DNA of 64,000 bases, from contig NC_043016.1 in assembly GCF_006345805.1 (NCBI RefSeq), positions 20,522,001 to 20,586,000 on the forward strand, read 5' to 3'. This DNA comes from Octopus sinensis (lineage: Eukaryota). Below are positions 62,172-64,000 of this stretch, one piece after another. The stretch's first letter is position 1, and each line of letters starts with the position of its first letter. The notes under the pieces were generated by a model. The model did not search any database, was not told the DNA's origin, and was given only the letters and a program-made list of their open reading frames with translations. The translations under genes were made by a program, and so were the position numbers.

Positions 62172-64000
62172 CTGAAAACAATTATAATAATCAAAATATA
62201 TATGTAGTTTTTCAATACAGTTCAATGAAATAGTTCACATAGAAATGACAAGTGGTTTCAGCTTGATTTAAGATTTGAAACTTTTGGGTAGAACTTGGAA
62301 AAAAACAAAATAAAAAAAAAACAGGCTCCATAATATTTAAAACAGATCTAAGGAGTAATCATGAGTAATACCAGTGCTTTTGGCTATGTTAAAGAGCCAA
62401 GTAGTGATTTTTTCTCTACAAAAAGCAGAATAATTTTATTCCCATCAATGACCTTCATCAATTCACAATTATATATTTGATTATCCATTGATTATTCATC
62501 ATAATTAATTATCCATCAATATATCTTTAATTATTCATCATTATATTTTTAATTATCCATCACTGTAACTTTATCAATCTATCATTATACACTTATTGTT
62601 GTGTCATGGGAGGTTCATTATGCCAATAATAATAAACATACACACTGGTTCAATATCACTTATTTATTGTTAGTCAATCATTAATTATCTAACCAACTAA
62701 CTAATCGATCTTTATCTAATTTATTGGTTAAACAATCATTTGGTTGAAATTTAAAGGGCTGTCAGTGATACACTTAGGGTAGAGATCAGAGACAATAAAA
62801 TTTCATAGATCACTATCATAATTATTTATGTATCCAACGAGGATTAGAGAAAGCAATAAAAATGGGAAGACAGTGAAAGAAAAAGAAAGAAGAAGGATTA
62901 TAAGGGAGGATTAGTCTTTGCAAATTCACCAAAGATAACCAAAGCTCAGGCTGGCCTCAAAAGCCCTGTGACCATTCAAGTGCTTTAAATTAGTATATAT
63001 GTTATCACACACACCTACATACACTCATGCAAGTTTAAGCAATATATTATTTTATACATTCTCAAACACATGAATATATAGACCTAAAACTTTTAAATAT
63101 ATATATATATATAAACAACTTATAAACAAGTTGGCAAGCTTTCCTCGATTTCAGCTCTACGTGTTTTTTGTAGCGAATAAATAATATGTGGAAATTGACG
63201 ATTTAAAAGTCTGTTATCACAGCATATTGGCATAGAAATAATTTTCTTTAGCCCTTGTTTATAAGTTGTTTATAATTTTAACCTTAAAGGTATTTTACTA
63301 AGCTGCCACATTTTTTGATGGAATTTTTTTCTGTAAAAAAACTTCATCCTATATTAGTAGTATATATATATATATATATATATACATACACATATATATG
63401 ATACATACATACACATTTACACACACACACATAAATGTGTATACATATATATTATAAACAAACATAGGAATTAAGATGACAGCATTACATTTATTAATCA
63501 GTTATGATCATTTTGAAAATTAGCGGAATCATTATATCAATTACAGTGCTGGACTATGTTAAAACAGAATTATGTAAATCCATATGATATTAAATGAAAG
63601 TCTCATCAACCATCTCTTAAGACTGGTTATAAGGGTAATACTAATGTAAATACCCAAATTTGGTTAAATAAATATAACGAGAGGGAGTGGTTTAGAAGAT
63701 GAGCACAATAAATTAAATAGAAAGTTGTCACACTATCAGAGCAACACTCAAAGGAGAGCTGCAATGAGAGGGATGACAGATGGAAGGGGTGATCTAAGAA
63801 ATGAAATAGGGTGAAGGGCTCATTTGTGCATATATATATATATACACACACACAGTGCTTTTAGAAATCAGTTTCACAGAGATGGTCAGGTTTTCTCAAG
63901 AACTTCATATCACCAGTCATCCCAATCTTTTGGCATCTCTTCTGTGAGGTAAACTTTTATCACTTCATTCTATGTCCTCCGGGGGCTTCCTCTTTTGCAC

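Overview
AT-rich eukaryotic genomic DNA dominated by microsatellites and transposons. The SINE, RTE, Penelope and mariner families look like those of an octopus (inference from recognised repeat sequences). Two spliced protein-coding genes lie in tandem on the minus strand. LRRC47 (LRR plus PheRS-beta B3/B4-like domain) has five coding exons at 22799-21798, 7237-7121, 5427-5309, 1113-1011 and 145-<1. MEA1 shows its last two coding exons at 62171-62090 and 36234-36038, separated by a 25.9-kb intron; its upstream exons were not found and probably lie beyond the window. The rest is mostly decayed RTE, CR1-group, Penelope and R4/Dong retroelements, Tc1/mariner elements, three tRNA-derived SINE families and several MITEs. 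The most unusual structures are: (1) a 4.9-kb head-to-head array of a ~543-bp unit with a hairpin junction, which may be real or an assembly artefact; (2) a 2.5-kb fold-back element capped at both ends by inverted SINEs; (3) hammerhead-ribozyme-like motifs with an extra A at three Penelope-type termini; (4) a mariner-derived fold-back next to the last MEA1 exon; (5) a GG-terminated MITE family with an 8-bp TSD (Merlin-like). No prokaryotic-type system (CRISPR, operon) is present, and I cannot claim a clearly new biological system. Repeat boundaries are approximate (about 10-30 bp) unless a TIR, TSD or splice site is quoted.
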